Assembly (NCBI GenBank): GCA_051532055.1
Contig: JAOPTX010000014.1
Span: forward strand, 1-56,788
From: Fibrobacterales bacterium
GTDB taxonomy: Bacteria; Fibrobacterota; Fibrobacteria; Fibrobacterales; JAOPTW01
Direction of reading: 5' to 3'
DNA length: 56,788 bases
Position 1 is the first letter of the stretch, and the number at the start of each line of letters is the position of its first letter. The notes under the pieces are model-generated. The model ran no database searches and had not been told where the DNA came from. It saw only the letters and a list, made by a program, of their open reading frames with translations. A program made the translations under genes and the position numbers. Positions 41,369-50,315 of the stretch are shown here, one piece after another.

Positions 41369-42988
41369 TTAGATAATGGGTAATGACCAATGTGGGCTAG
41401 TTACTTGTGCCTGTTCAATACACTTATCAGTATTCATATCATCTACTAAATTATTTCTTTTTCTTACCTCTTCAGTGCATACCGGCCGAACATCATCCCA
41501 AGCGCATCTATTAGCCAAAAAGATATATTCACTTTCATATATGTCAGTATAGTGTCTTTGGCAATTATCATCAAATTCAGGCATAGTAAATCGCATTTCA
41601 TCCATCACACAATGAGCGCCATAGTGATAAATTGCACTATCTTTTTCAGCCCAACTAGAAGAGTTATCCAACTGAATATCTAAAAGCGTATTACACTCTA
41701 CCGAAAGCGAATCACGAAGTTTTGAAACTTCTGGTCGTGTATCATATCTACAACCCCCTGACCTATCATCATAATAGTTCATAAATTTACATCCCGTAGA
41801 TGGGTCGACTACCTGACATATCCGCTTCTCCTGAAAATCAAGTTGCCCATCACCTGATGTGTCACAAGAGCCAAATATACCCAGAAGACCACATGATTTT
41901 CGTTCGTGAGGGGCCAGAAGGTCATCTAAATTATAATCACACTCATGAAAATTATTCTCATCATATACACAGTTATACTTCTCTTCTAATGTTGTTACAC
42001 CATCATTATCATCATCACAGTATTCTGGATACAGACCGTCTTCACTTTCAACATAAATAATCGTCGAATCATTAGGCGTAAAACGCTTAAATGAAGGCGA
42101 TCGTGATGGACAGAGTTGCGCTATCTCATTCTCATACTGCGCCAACGGAGCCATATACGTAGAACATTGAGAGGTAACATATAAACACTCATCCTCATAC
42201 TCCCGGAACATTTTTTCTAAATAAAATTCAGCATCACTCGTGATAGAATCACAGATATACTCTGTATCAATAACTTCCACATACATAGGTAAAGCGCCCT
42301 CTATAGAATCTAACTGTACTTGATTCGCAGGGCACTCATTTTTAAAATAATCAATTTCTGCAAGTATCGGTTGCTCCCGAGCGATACATTCTTCACTTTC
42401 ATTTTGAAAGCAAGTGTTACTCCAATTCGTTGACTCGAATTCAATAGAAGCGGTAATCTCATCAAAAAACAAAATACAAAAATTGTTTATATGCACATCT
42501 ATTTCGAGCTGATCAACAGTCTCAGGAGTACATTGCTTGACTAATTCAATATAAGGTTGTGCCCTGTTAGCCACATCTGCAGCAATAGCCATACTATCAC
42601 AATAGGAGCCATGCCCAATAGTATCAAGAACAGGTACTCCTGTTGAATCAACCTTTTCAGTAGCGCTATCAACAGGTACAGTTGTAGTATCAACCACAAG
42701 TACATCCGTGCTGCTACTGACAGTTGAACTCTCTCCCGTCACCACTGAGGAACTTGATACAGCACCTACAGAGCTCAACATTTTGGAATCACTCGATACA
42801 GGAGTTCCCCCTGCATCACCCACAAGCGAATCCTGTATAGCAAGACTATCATTCACACCAAGTGAATCTGCGACATCTATAGGTGGGGTTATATCGTCTG
42901 TACCTGCTGTTGTGTCATTTTCTGAATTGAATAGATCACATCCAACAAATAGTAGGGCGAATAGTATTAGGGAATAAAGAATATTCAT
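41369..42988 (-). CDS. Acidic Cys-rich lipoprotein with three Cys-flanked EF-hand-like loops
   Basis: Lipobox FVGC; 24 further Cys; three C-Dx[DNS]xDxxxxxxE-xxx-C units. Confidence 0.8.
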   Translation of the reverse strand: MNILYSLILFALLFVGCDLFNSENDTTAGTDDITPPIDVADSLGVNDSLAIQDSLVGDAGGTPVSSDSKMLSSVGAVSSSSVVTGESSTVSSSTDVLVVDTTTVPVDSATEKVDSTGVPVLDTIGHGSYCDSMAIAADVANRAQPYIELVKQCTPETVDQLEIDVHINNFCILFFDEITASIEFESTNWSNTCFQNESEECIAREQPILAEIDYFKNECPANQVQLDSIEGALPMYVEVIDTEYICDSITSDAEFYLEKMFREYEDECLYVTSQCSTYMAPLAQYENEIAQLCPSRSPSFKRFTPNDSTIIYVESEDGLYPEYCDDDNDGVTTLEEKYNCVYDENNFHECDYNLDDLLAPHERKSCGLLGIFGSCDTSGDGQLDFQEKRICQVVDPSTGCKFMNYYDDRSGGCRYDTRPEVSKLRDSLSVECNTLLDIQLDNSSSWAEKDSAIYHYGAHCVMDEMRFTMPEFDDNCQRHYTDIYESEYIFLANRCAWDDVRPVCTEEVRKRNNLVDDMNTDKCIEQAQVTSPHWSLPII

Positions 42989-43112
42989 TATCTACCTCGT
43001 ATGTATAGGGGATACAAAAGGTACTTTATTTAACAACATTTCACATGTTTACCCTAGGTAAGCAGCCCCAAAAGCCAATGAAAGGGTAATTGGGTGTTAA
43101 AAAACAGTGGTG

Positions 43113-45305
43113 CTAACTTTTTGCATAAAGATATTTTTCAAGAACAACCATCAACTCATCAAAGTCAATAGGTTTAGAGATGTAATCATTCACCCCCATC
43201 TCCTCAGCCTGCTGTTTATGTTCAGAAGGTCCTTGAGCAGACATTGCCACAACAGGGAGCCTCTTAAGGTTCGGGTCTTCACGCAATTCAGCAATCATCT
43301 GTAAGCCACTCATAAAAGGGAGTTGAATATCAATAAGTGCAATATTTGGATGATGCTCATGAATCTTGTGGACTGCATCAGTAGCAGTACGTGCAACAAC
43401 TATCTTATAGTTGTAATCTTCAAAAAAGTTTTTAAGCATTGAGAGATTCATTTCATTCTCATCTACAATAAGAATAGTTGCATCAACAGAGAACACCTTT
43501 TGTACTTCTGCAAAAGGGAAATCTGGTTCAAAGATTACCGTATCTTTATACGGAATAATCACTGTAAATTCGGTACGTTGATCTCTTGATGTCAAAAATA
43601 TATTACCACCAAGGAGCTCTACTAAATTTTTGGTAATTGCAAGACCAAGCCCTGTTCCCTTGATCGTATTCCCTCGACCCCTATTTACTCTTTCAAAAGG
43701 ATTAAAAATAATAGACCGTTTTTCTTCAGGAATCTCTACACCATGATTGACAATTTTAATACCCAAAGTGCTATCACTCTCTTGCATAACACTAAAATCA
43801 ATTTTGCTCCCATCAGGAGTATACTTAATAGCGTTAGTGATCAGATTAATGAGAATCTGATTGATTTTTCCTTTGTCAGATTTAATACTCATTGGGAGAT
43901 CTGGGTCGATGTGTGCCTCAAATTCAATTCTATTTTTAAGGGCCTGCGGTTTATAGATTGCCACTAGATTTGAAAAGAATTCTTTAATGACAAAATCCCT
44001 TTCAATAACCATTGCTCTGCCGCTCTCAATTTTCGAAAGATCCAGAACATCATTGATCAACAGATTTAAGTTTTTTCCATTCGCATTAATATTCTCTATA
44101 AATTTATATTCTTCATCACCGAGAACAGTCCCGCGACCTCTCTTAATCAAGATTTGACTAAAACCTATTATCGAATTAAGGGGGGTTCGAATCTCCTGAC
44201 TCATATTGGAAAGAAAACTTGTTTGAGCACGACCTGCAACATCAGTATCATCTTTTGCTTTCTTTAATTTGTCTGAGTGATCATCCATTTTATCTTCTAT
44301 AGACTTCATATAATAAAAGAAGATGATAAAAATAATGGTAGAAATTACAACTGCTAATACCGTGAGGAGGTCTCGATAGAAGCTCCCTTGAGAGATTGCC
44401 TCAGAAATGGGGGCTCTATAACTGAGGGTGATAGGCTCAGGAAGGTGGGTATACATTGTTACAACACCAATAGAGCGACTCAGTCCAGAATGCTTCGTCT
44501 CAACAACTATGGGTTCTTTTGAGGGAGTATACTCTGAATGTAACATCACGAGATATTCATCTTTAGTAAGATGCGTCAGCCCATTGACCTCATTTAATGC
44601 AATGTACTGTTCCCATGCGACATTAAATTGATCACTCCCTTTCGAAATCACATCAGTACTGTCTAAACTATTGAAGTCAATGTTCAATTGAGAAATAGAG
44701 AGGTGAACCGCTTGTGTCAAACCTACAACGACATCACTTAATTGACGCCCAATCTCAACGTACCCAATACAAGTCCCTTCGTAATACCAGGGGACCACAA
44801 CACGTAACGAGAGTCCCCCTTTATCAGTGTGAACCACCCCTTCGGACAATCCATTTGTCTGTTGCGCTTTTGCAAGAACGGTATTATTGGTTCCATGATA
44901 AAAAACCATTGTATCTTCAATTCCTGCCAAGAGATGATCAGTACGATAGAGCGCTAAATAATTCAACGACCGCTCCACAAATAGGTTGCGATACTCTTCT
45001 CGTAGGACCTCTTCAAGCTCCAGTCGAATCCTCGAATCATTTTCTTGACTCTCAGAAATCAAACGAGCAACATATTTAAGACGGCCTGTTTTGGGTAGTA
45101 TATACCCCAAATTTGAAAGTTGTTCAACAGAGTTTTCAATATTTTTTTGGGTAAGAGAATGCGCACGTTCTATTGCTACAGTAGATTGTTCTTCAAAAAG
45201 AGCATGGGTTAAATAGCCAAAAGTAAAGAGAATCACTAAAATAAGGCCCAAAACTGTTGAAACAACAGGAATAAATACAGATTTTAAGAGTCTTTGATTT
45301 GGCAT
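43113..45305 (-). CDS. Hybrid histidine-kinase-like protein (Cache-like sensor, receiver) lacking the phospho-acceptor His
   Basis: H-box FLSNMSQEIRTPLNSI; NLITNAIKYT; degenerate G1 VNHGVEI; GTGLGL; receiver LIDIQLP. Confidence 0.88.
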   Translation of the reverse strand: MPNQRLLKSVFIPVVSTVLGLILVILFTFGYLTHALFEEQSTVAIERAHSLTQKNIENSVEQLSNLGYILPKTGRLKYVARLISESQENDSRIRLELEEVLREEYRNLFVERSLNYLALYRTDHLLAGIEDTMVFYHGTNNTVLAKAQQTNGLSEGVVHTDKGGLSLRVVVPWYYEGTCIGYVEIGRQLSDVVVGLTQAVHLSISQLNIDFNSLDSTDVISKGSDQFNVAWEQYIALNEVNGLTHLTKDEYLVMLHSEYTPSKEPIVVETKHSGLSRSIGVVTMYTHLPEPITLSYRAPISEAISQGSFYRDLLTVLAVVISTIIFIIFFYYMKSIEDKMDDHSDKLKKAKDDTDVAGRAQTSFLSNMSQEIRTPLNSIIGFSQILIKRGRGTVLGDEEYKFIENINANGKNLNLLINDVLDLSKIESGRAMVIERDFVIKEFFSNLVAIYKPQALKNRIEFEAHIDPDLPMSIKSDKGKINQILINLITNAIKYTPDGSKIDFSVMQESDSTLGIKIVNHGVEIPEEKRSIIFNPFERVNRGRGNTIKGTGLGLAITKNLVELLGGNIFLTSRDQRTEFTVIIPYKDTVIFEPDFPFAEVQKVFSVDATILIVDENEMNLSMLKNFFEDYNYKIVVARTATDAVHKIHEHHPNIALIDIQLPFMSGLQMIAELREDPNLKRLPVVAMSAQGPSEHKQQAEEMGVNDYISKPIDFDELMVVLEKYLYAKS

Positions 45306-45352
45306 AAATACAGAAGGATAAATTGGAAGATCACAGAGTAAAAATTAGCAAT

Positions 45353-45380
45353 AAAAAAGGGAAGCTCAACAGCTCCCCTT
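45353..45380 (-). terminator. Intrinsic terminator
   Basis: Minus strand AAGGGGAGCT-GTTG-AGCTTCCCTT-TTTT. Confidence 0.75.
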
Positions 45381-45415
45381 AATATTTCAGACATTATTTG
45401 TAGATCAGTATACGA

Positions 45416-46843
45416 CTATTTTTTGACTAATTTACCCAATGTTACTTTCACAACGTCGTTGTCACGATTCTGATCAACAGTAGGTCCATTCTCAATGGTA
45501 ATTACTGTATCGGTGAGCTTGAGGCCAAGCTCTGGAAAGTCATTGAGAAGTTTTCTTAATTTCTCAATTGCAACAGGGCCTGCAGCCCAAACCCATTTTG
45601 CCGTCTCATCACCATAAATCATAGTCCCTGGGAACAAGCTTATCATAGTATAGAACGCTTTAACAGCATGTTTCGCTGTAGCAGTATTCTTGGTTCTCTG
45701 GGCATCTTTCATAAGGGCTTCGCCAATAAAATAGAGCTTATTACCTGACTCTTCGCCTTCAGCGGCAAAACCATAGTAATCAAGAGTCGATGAACCGTAG
45801 TACATCCCTTTCCAGTGCCCAATAAGCCAACCTGCTGCATTAAGCTCATTATATTGCGGGTTATTTTTCACGGCAGTCTCATTTGGATACAGCCCCTCAC
45901 CTTGAGCTTTTGCTAAGCCTTTGGCATCTTTCAGTGTATAACTAAAAGCCCCGGTACCTTTGATATTTTTGAGTGTTCCATATTTTGCAAAGTCAATAAC
46001 AAATTTTGCACCTGGATCAGCAATAGTTATTGGTTTATTAACCAGTGCCATATCACGAGAGTGTTTATCGCGCTCGTCTACAAAAACACCATTCACAATT
46101 GGTTTTCCCACAAGTTCGCCTATGAGCTCACCTGGATCACAGGTTACTTCATCATTACTTGGGTCACTATCTTGGGTATAGAGCATCTCGATAGTTGCAC
46201 CGGTATATTCAAGTCCCAATTCAGGGTATTTAGCAATCAATTCTTCAAGAGCGTCAGCAGAAACTTTAGCTGGTGACCACCACCACCCTTTAGGGTCCCA
46301 TTCCATATCAGTAAAATGAAACACTACATGAGCGTAGTAGGTTTTAATGGCATGTAAAATATGGCCTGCATCACGAAGTGCATTCCCCATATTCATCATA
46401 CGGGTACCCATACTGTATGAGTTTTTTTGCCACTGAAAGTATGGTATTGCTTTATTTGATTGTGAGTTTGAAGACCACGGTACTTCGGTTGTTCCTGTTC
46501 CTAGAACGATTTTCCCCTCTTTAAGAAGCTTTTGATAGACTGGCTCTTGGTCGACGGCTGACATATTAGGCCAAATACCGGTACCTGACGCTGCCATGAG
46601 TCCTTTTTTGTCAGTGATTTCAAAATAGTAGTCTTTGGTACCAACATTCTTAAATGCACCATACTTAGAGTAATCTATGAGTACTTCAGACCCTGGATAT
46701 TTGATTGTAAACTGTGGAGCTGAAAGACCATAATCGCCATTTCTAAAGCTCGATCCACCTTTCGCTGCACTACCACCACATCCTGTCATTGACAGAATAG
46801 TTGCTGTCCCCGCCACTGCGAGTGCAATAATCATTTTTTTCAT
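45416..46843 (-). CDS. Lipoprotein made of two tandem ~200-aa homologous domains, each with a TPR-like helical core
   Basis: Start MKKMII (46843, GGAGA SD), lipobox MTGC. Repeat pairs: PGSEVLIDYSKYG...GL.AA.G.GIWPN / PGAKFVIDFAKYG...GL.KA.GEGLYPN; HAIKTYY / HAVKAFY; YPELGL / FPELGL; NDEV / NDVV. Confidence 0.8.
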   Translation of the reverse strand: MKKMIIALAVAGTATILSMTGCGGSAAKGGSSFRNGDYGLSAPQFTIKYPGSEVLIDYSKYGAFKNVGTKDYYFEITDKKGLMAASGTGIWPNMSAVDQEPVYQKLLKEGKIVLGTGTTEVPWSSNSQSNKAIPYFQWQKNSYSMGTRMMNMGNALRDAGHILHAIKTYYAHVVFHFTDMEWDPKGWWWSPAKVSADALEELIAKYPELGLEYTGATIEMLYTQDSDPSNDEVTCDPGELIGELVGKPIVNGVFVDERDKHSRDMALVNKPITIADPGAKFVIDFAKYGTLKNIKGTGAFSYTLKDAKGLAKAQGEGLYPNETAVKNNPQYNELNAAGWLIGHWKGMYYGSSTLDYYGFAAEGEESGNKLYFIGEALMKDAQRTKNTATAKHAVKAFYTMISLFPGTMIYGDETAKWVWAAGPVAIEKLRKLLNDFPELGLKLTDTVITIENGPTVDQNRDNDVVKVTLGKLVKK

Positions 46844-47232
46844 TATATCTCCACTGTTATCATGTATCAATTGTTCAAAAAATATTGTGCGGGAGTTGAC
46901 CAGCAGGATACCCCCATATGCTACCAATCAAAACCGCGCAAAAATCTCTGTGTCCTAGAAATATGCATTTTTCGGTCAAGGGTGTGTTAAAAACAACAAG
47001 AAATCACCCCCTCAAATTTCTCGATAGTGTTCATAACTGTTTATAAAAATGAGAGCAATAGCTTAAATTTCGACGTAAATAGCACTCCCCACGATTTCTT
47101 ATCTTCAAAATACATGAACATACTAACAAATAATTAGTCTACCATTTTCACTCAGCTCAAATAAGTTACAGAAAATAAACCTGACAAAAATTATTGAATA
47201 TATATTATCAACAAATCTATAAGGTATCTCTC

Positions 47233-49164
47233 ATGAATCGCCTCGTATATATCGCGTTACTCCTTCTTTGCCCATTGTCATTTAGTGCACCAAATGACAA
47301 TGTTTATAAAAACAACCTTACCGTAGTGCTCGGAGATACCAAACAGGCATTTATTACAAATAAAATTAATGACAGTCTACAAGTAGAACACTTGGTTTCG
47401 GGATTTGAGAAACTTCGGGTTTCAGGCATTCGCATCCCTATATTTGGTGAAGGACTTACCCCAAACAAAGAAATGTTTGACTATTTTTATACTCTTGCGG
47501 TAAGTCGAGGCTTTACCATATTTGCCAATCCCGCAGAATTTGATGGGGGGAAAAGAATTGCTAACGGCCTGCTCGATGCAAAAGGGGAATCAGTCCTTGA
47601 TAACCCAGCAAAGACCACTGTTTTAATTGAACGCATAATAAGTTTTGCACAGGAATATCCCAGTACCTGGATTGCCCCCTTAAATGAAGATGGTGCTCCG
47701 GGTATGACTTGGTCCATCAATCAATTCAATACCATCTTTGAAAGCCTTGATGGCTCGCTCAATGGTGCTCAGTTAATTGGCCCCTGCCAATGGGGGCTCC
47801 CCGCAGGAATAGCAACCCTACAGAATACTTCTGTAATCGATCACATAACTGTTGCTACTAGTCACAACCTTGGATTTAACCATGGTAAATGGCCAGAATT
47901 TATCGCACTCGCAAAGGCAAAAGGACTTCCGGTGTGGGACTCAGAAGTAAATTTTTATGATAAGAATGGCACAGGAACACGATTAGAAGCAGCTATTGAT
48001 GCTGGAGTTGATGGTTTGGTTCTCTATAATTCTTGGAATCTTATTAATAAAACAGATGGTTCTCTGAATAATGCAGCCACCTCGTGGCTTAATCTCTACT
48101 TTGACCACAACACAAGTAAAGCACCGGTATTTATTACTCCCCATGACACTATTACGTCAGGTGACACCCTGTCACTTGTAAGCCTTTTTGACACAGTCTC
48201 CACCTCTACCCTCCCTATTACTTGGCATTCCAGCGACACTAAAATTGTAGCAATAGACTCAGAAGGAACTGCACGAGGAGACAGTTCTGGGACAGCACAG
48301 ATCACCGTATATTTCAGTGAAAGTGGTGATTCTACAACAATTTCATTAACCGTTCTCAAGGCTGAACCGCTTTCAATTGCCGTTCAAAAAGATATCCACC
48401 TCTGTCCAACAGGGGAAAATAGCTCAAAAACAATCATTGCCACTCCCCAAGACGGAAATCCACCTTACACCATATCCTGGAATGATGAAACAGAAGGTGA
48501 ATCTATGACCGTTACATCATCTGACACATCTGAATTTCGAGTAACCGTTATCGATGCACGGGGAAACAGTACCCAAGAAACAATTGATGTACATCGTAAT
48601 ACAATGCCTGACATAACAATAACCACCGATAATCCGACGTGTACATCACCAGGAACGGTCCATTTTAAGACGCTGACCGACACACCATTCATTAATTTAG
48701 CCTACAGTATTGATAACGGCGTATCATATAAGGCCACTATTTCACCACCTCAGAAGGAAGTATCCTATGTCCTCTCAACGGGAAATTATACCCTAAGAGG
48801 CCAGTGGACTTCTCCCTACAACCTCATCTGTTCATCAATACTCGATACTATTTCAATACTTGAACCAGAAAACTGTTCTCCAGGTGACACCCCGGAAAGT
48901 TCTGAGAGCAGTGAAGAAACCGTAGGTCTAGAACATTTAAATAATACCGTTACTATCCACCCCATAGACAACAATCACCTTTCAATCGTGGTTCAACATC
49001 AAGCTATAGTAACGATCTATGATATTTTGGGTAATATCGTACTTAAGACTCCCCTTTCGGCTGGAACACATACGCTGATTGCCCCTATTAAGGGACTCAA
49101 TTTAGTACAGGTGTCATCCAAGAAGCATCGCTTTACAAAAAAAATACTGTTACCAAATCTATGA
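47233..49164 (+). CDS. Putative clan GH-A-like glycoside hydrolase + Ig-like (Big_2/SprB-like) domains + C-terminal sorting-like domain
   Basis: Signal peptide; GIRIPIF, WIAPLNED, LIGP, SH, PVWDSE motif series typical of a TIM barrel; ITWHSSDTKIV; GNPPYTISW; tail IYDILG...FTKKI. Confidence 0.65.
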   Translation: MNRLVYIALLLLCPLSFSAPNDNVYKNNLTVVLGDTKQAFITNKINDSLQVEHLVSGFEKLRVSGIRIPIFGEGLTPNKEMFDYFYTLAVSRGFTIFANPAEFDGGKRIANGLLDAKGESVLDNPAKTTVLIERIISFAQEYPSTWIAPLNEDGAPGMTWSINQFNTIFESLDGSLNGAQLIGPCQWGLPAGIATLQNTSVIDHITVATSHNLGFNHGKWPEFIALAKAKGLPVWDSEVNFYDKNGTGTRLEAAIDAGVDGLVLYNSWNLINKTDGSLNNAATSWLNLYFDHNTSKAPVFITPHDTITSGDTLSLVSLFDTVSTSTLPITWHSSDTKIVAIDSEGTARGDSSGTAQITVYFSESGDSTTISLTVLKAEPLSIAVQKDIHLCPTGENSSKTIIATPQDGNPPYTISWNDETEGESMTVTSSDTSEFRVTVIDARGNSTQETIDVHRNTMPDITITTDNPTCTSPGTVHFKTLTDTPFINLAYSIDNGVSYKATISPPQKEVSYVLSTGNYTLRGQWTSPYNLICSSILDTISILEPENCSPGDTPESSESSEETVGLEHLNNTVTIHPIDNNHLSIVVQHQAIVTIYDILGNIVLKTPLSAGTHTLIAPIKGLNLVQVSSKKHRFTKKILLPNL

Positions 49165-49367
49165 CCGCTGTATACTCTTTTAGGCAAAAGTCGTTTCTAC
49201 ATCTATAAAATCAAATAATTCATATGTACGTTAAACCATTACACATAATCCTTTAGCGAGGCCTTATTCCAACATTATAACTTTCACCTACTCCTAAGAA
49301 TAAGCTCCGCATCTCCTTAATCATTTATTACTTTAATGATCCGTTCAAGTAAGCATCAAAAGGCACC

Positions 49368-50243
49368 ATGAAACAGTCTATCGAATTTTATTCTGACTCA
49401 CACCTCCTTAAAGGCACCCTCTACACCCCCAATGATGTAAACCCAGAAAGTCCACTCCCTCTCATCCTTCTTTGTCATGGCTTTGCAGGAGTTAAAGAAT
49501 TACTTCTTCCTAATTTTGCTGAACGGTTTGCAAAAAATGGGTTTGCCGCCGTAACGTTTGACTACCGTGGTTTTGGTGAAAGCGAAGGAACTCGAAGTAG
49601 AATCATTCCTCAAGAACAGATCTCGGACATTAGAAATGCCCTCACCTATCTCGAAACCAGACCCGAAATTAATGAAAAACGAATGGGAGTCTGGGGTACC
49701 TCTCTCGGTGGCGCTCATTCACTCGTAGCTGCAGCGACCGACACTCGCATAAAAAGTGTGGCAGTTCAAATCACCTTTGGTGATGGTATGCGTAACAATA
49801 CCGGTCACATGGATGCACCAGCAATTGAGAAATTAAACGCATCGCTCAACAAAGCGTGGAATGCTGAAGTTACTAAAAACAAGGTGATGGGCCTGCCCTT
49901 AAAACGAGTATTAAGCGATGAACAATCAAAACAATTTTATGTCGATTATGCAGAGGACTTCCCCGAAGCACTCGGTGTCAAAGTCCCTTTTACCACGACA
50001 CGCTATATAAATGAATACTCTCCTGAATCATACTTCTCGACCCTCACCGCTCCAACACTTGTTATTGGTGCTACGAATGACATCGTTAACAAGCCATCCG
50101 AATCAGAAGAAATTTTCAATAAACTACAGGTTGATGAAAAGAAGCTCATTATGCAGGATGCCACACATTACGATATTTATGTTGGTAACAATTTTGAATC
50201 GGTATCTACAGCTCAACTTGAGTGGTTTCAGAAATACCTCTAA
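49368..50243 (+). CDS. Alpha/beta-fold hydrolase
   Basis: HGFAG, FDYRGFGESEG, nucleophile elbow GTSLGG, Asp (ND) and His (THY) near the C-terminus. Confidence 0.9.
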   Translation: MKQSIEFYSDSHLLKGTLYTPNDVNPESPLPLILLCHGFAGVKELLLPNFAERFAKNGFAAVTFDYRGFGESEGTRSRIIPQEQISDIRNALTYLETRPEINEKRMGVWGTSLGGAHSLVAAATDTRIKSVAVQITFGDGMRNNTGHMDAPAIEKLNASLNKAWNAEVTKNKVMGLPLKRVLSDEQSKQFYVDYAEDFPEALGVKVPFTTTRYINEYSPESYFSTLTAPTLVIGATNDIVNKPSESEEIFNKLQVDEKKLIMQDATHYDIYVGNNFESVSTAQLEWFQKYL

Positions 50244-50260
50244 CGATACACTTACATATC

Positions 50261-50297
50261 AAAAGGGCTCTCCATGGGTACCATGAAGAGCCCTTTT
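50261..50297. terminator. Bidirectional intrinsic terminator
   Basis: AAAAGGGCTCTCCATGG-GTA-CCATGAAGAGCCCTTTT between convergent genes. Confidence 0.85.
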
Positions 50298-50315
50298 AAT
50301 TAGAGTACACACTTT

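Noticed and set aside
49368..50243. Specific call as a quorum-quenching AHL lactonase
   Set aside because: Only generic alpha/beta-hydrolase motifs can be verified; substrate is not inferable.
38816..50284. Shared 12-mer CATGGGTACCAT downstream of two plus-strand genes (38816, 50273) as a REP-like element
   Set aside because: Only two copies with unrelated flanks; cannot be distinguished from chance.
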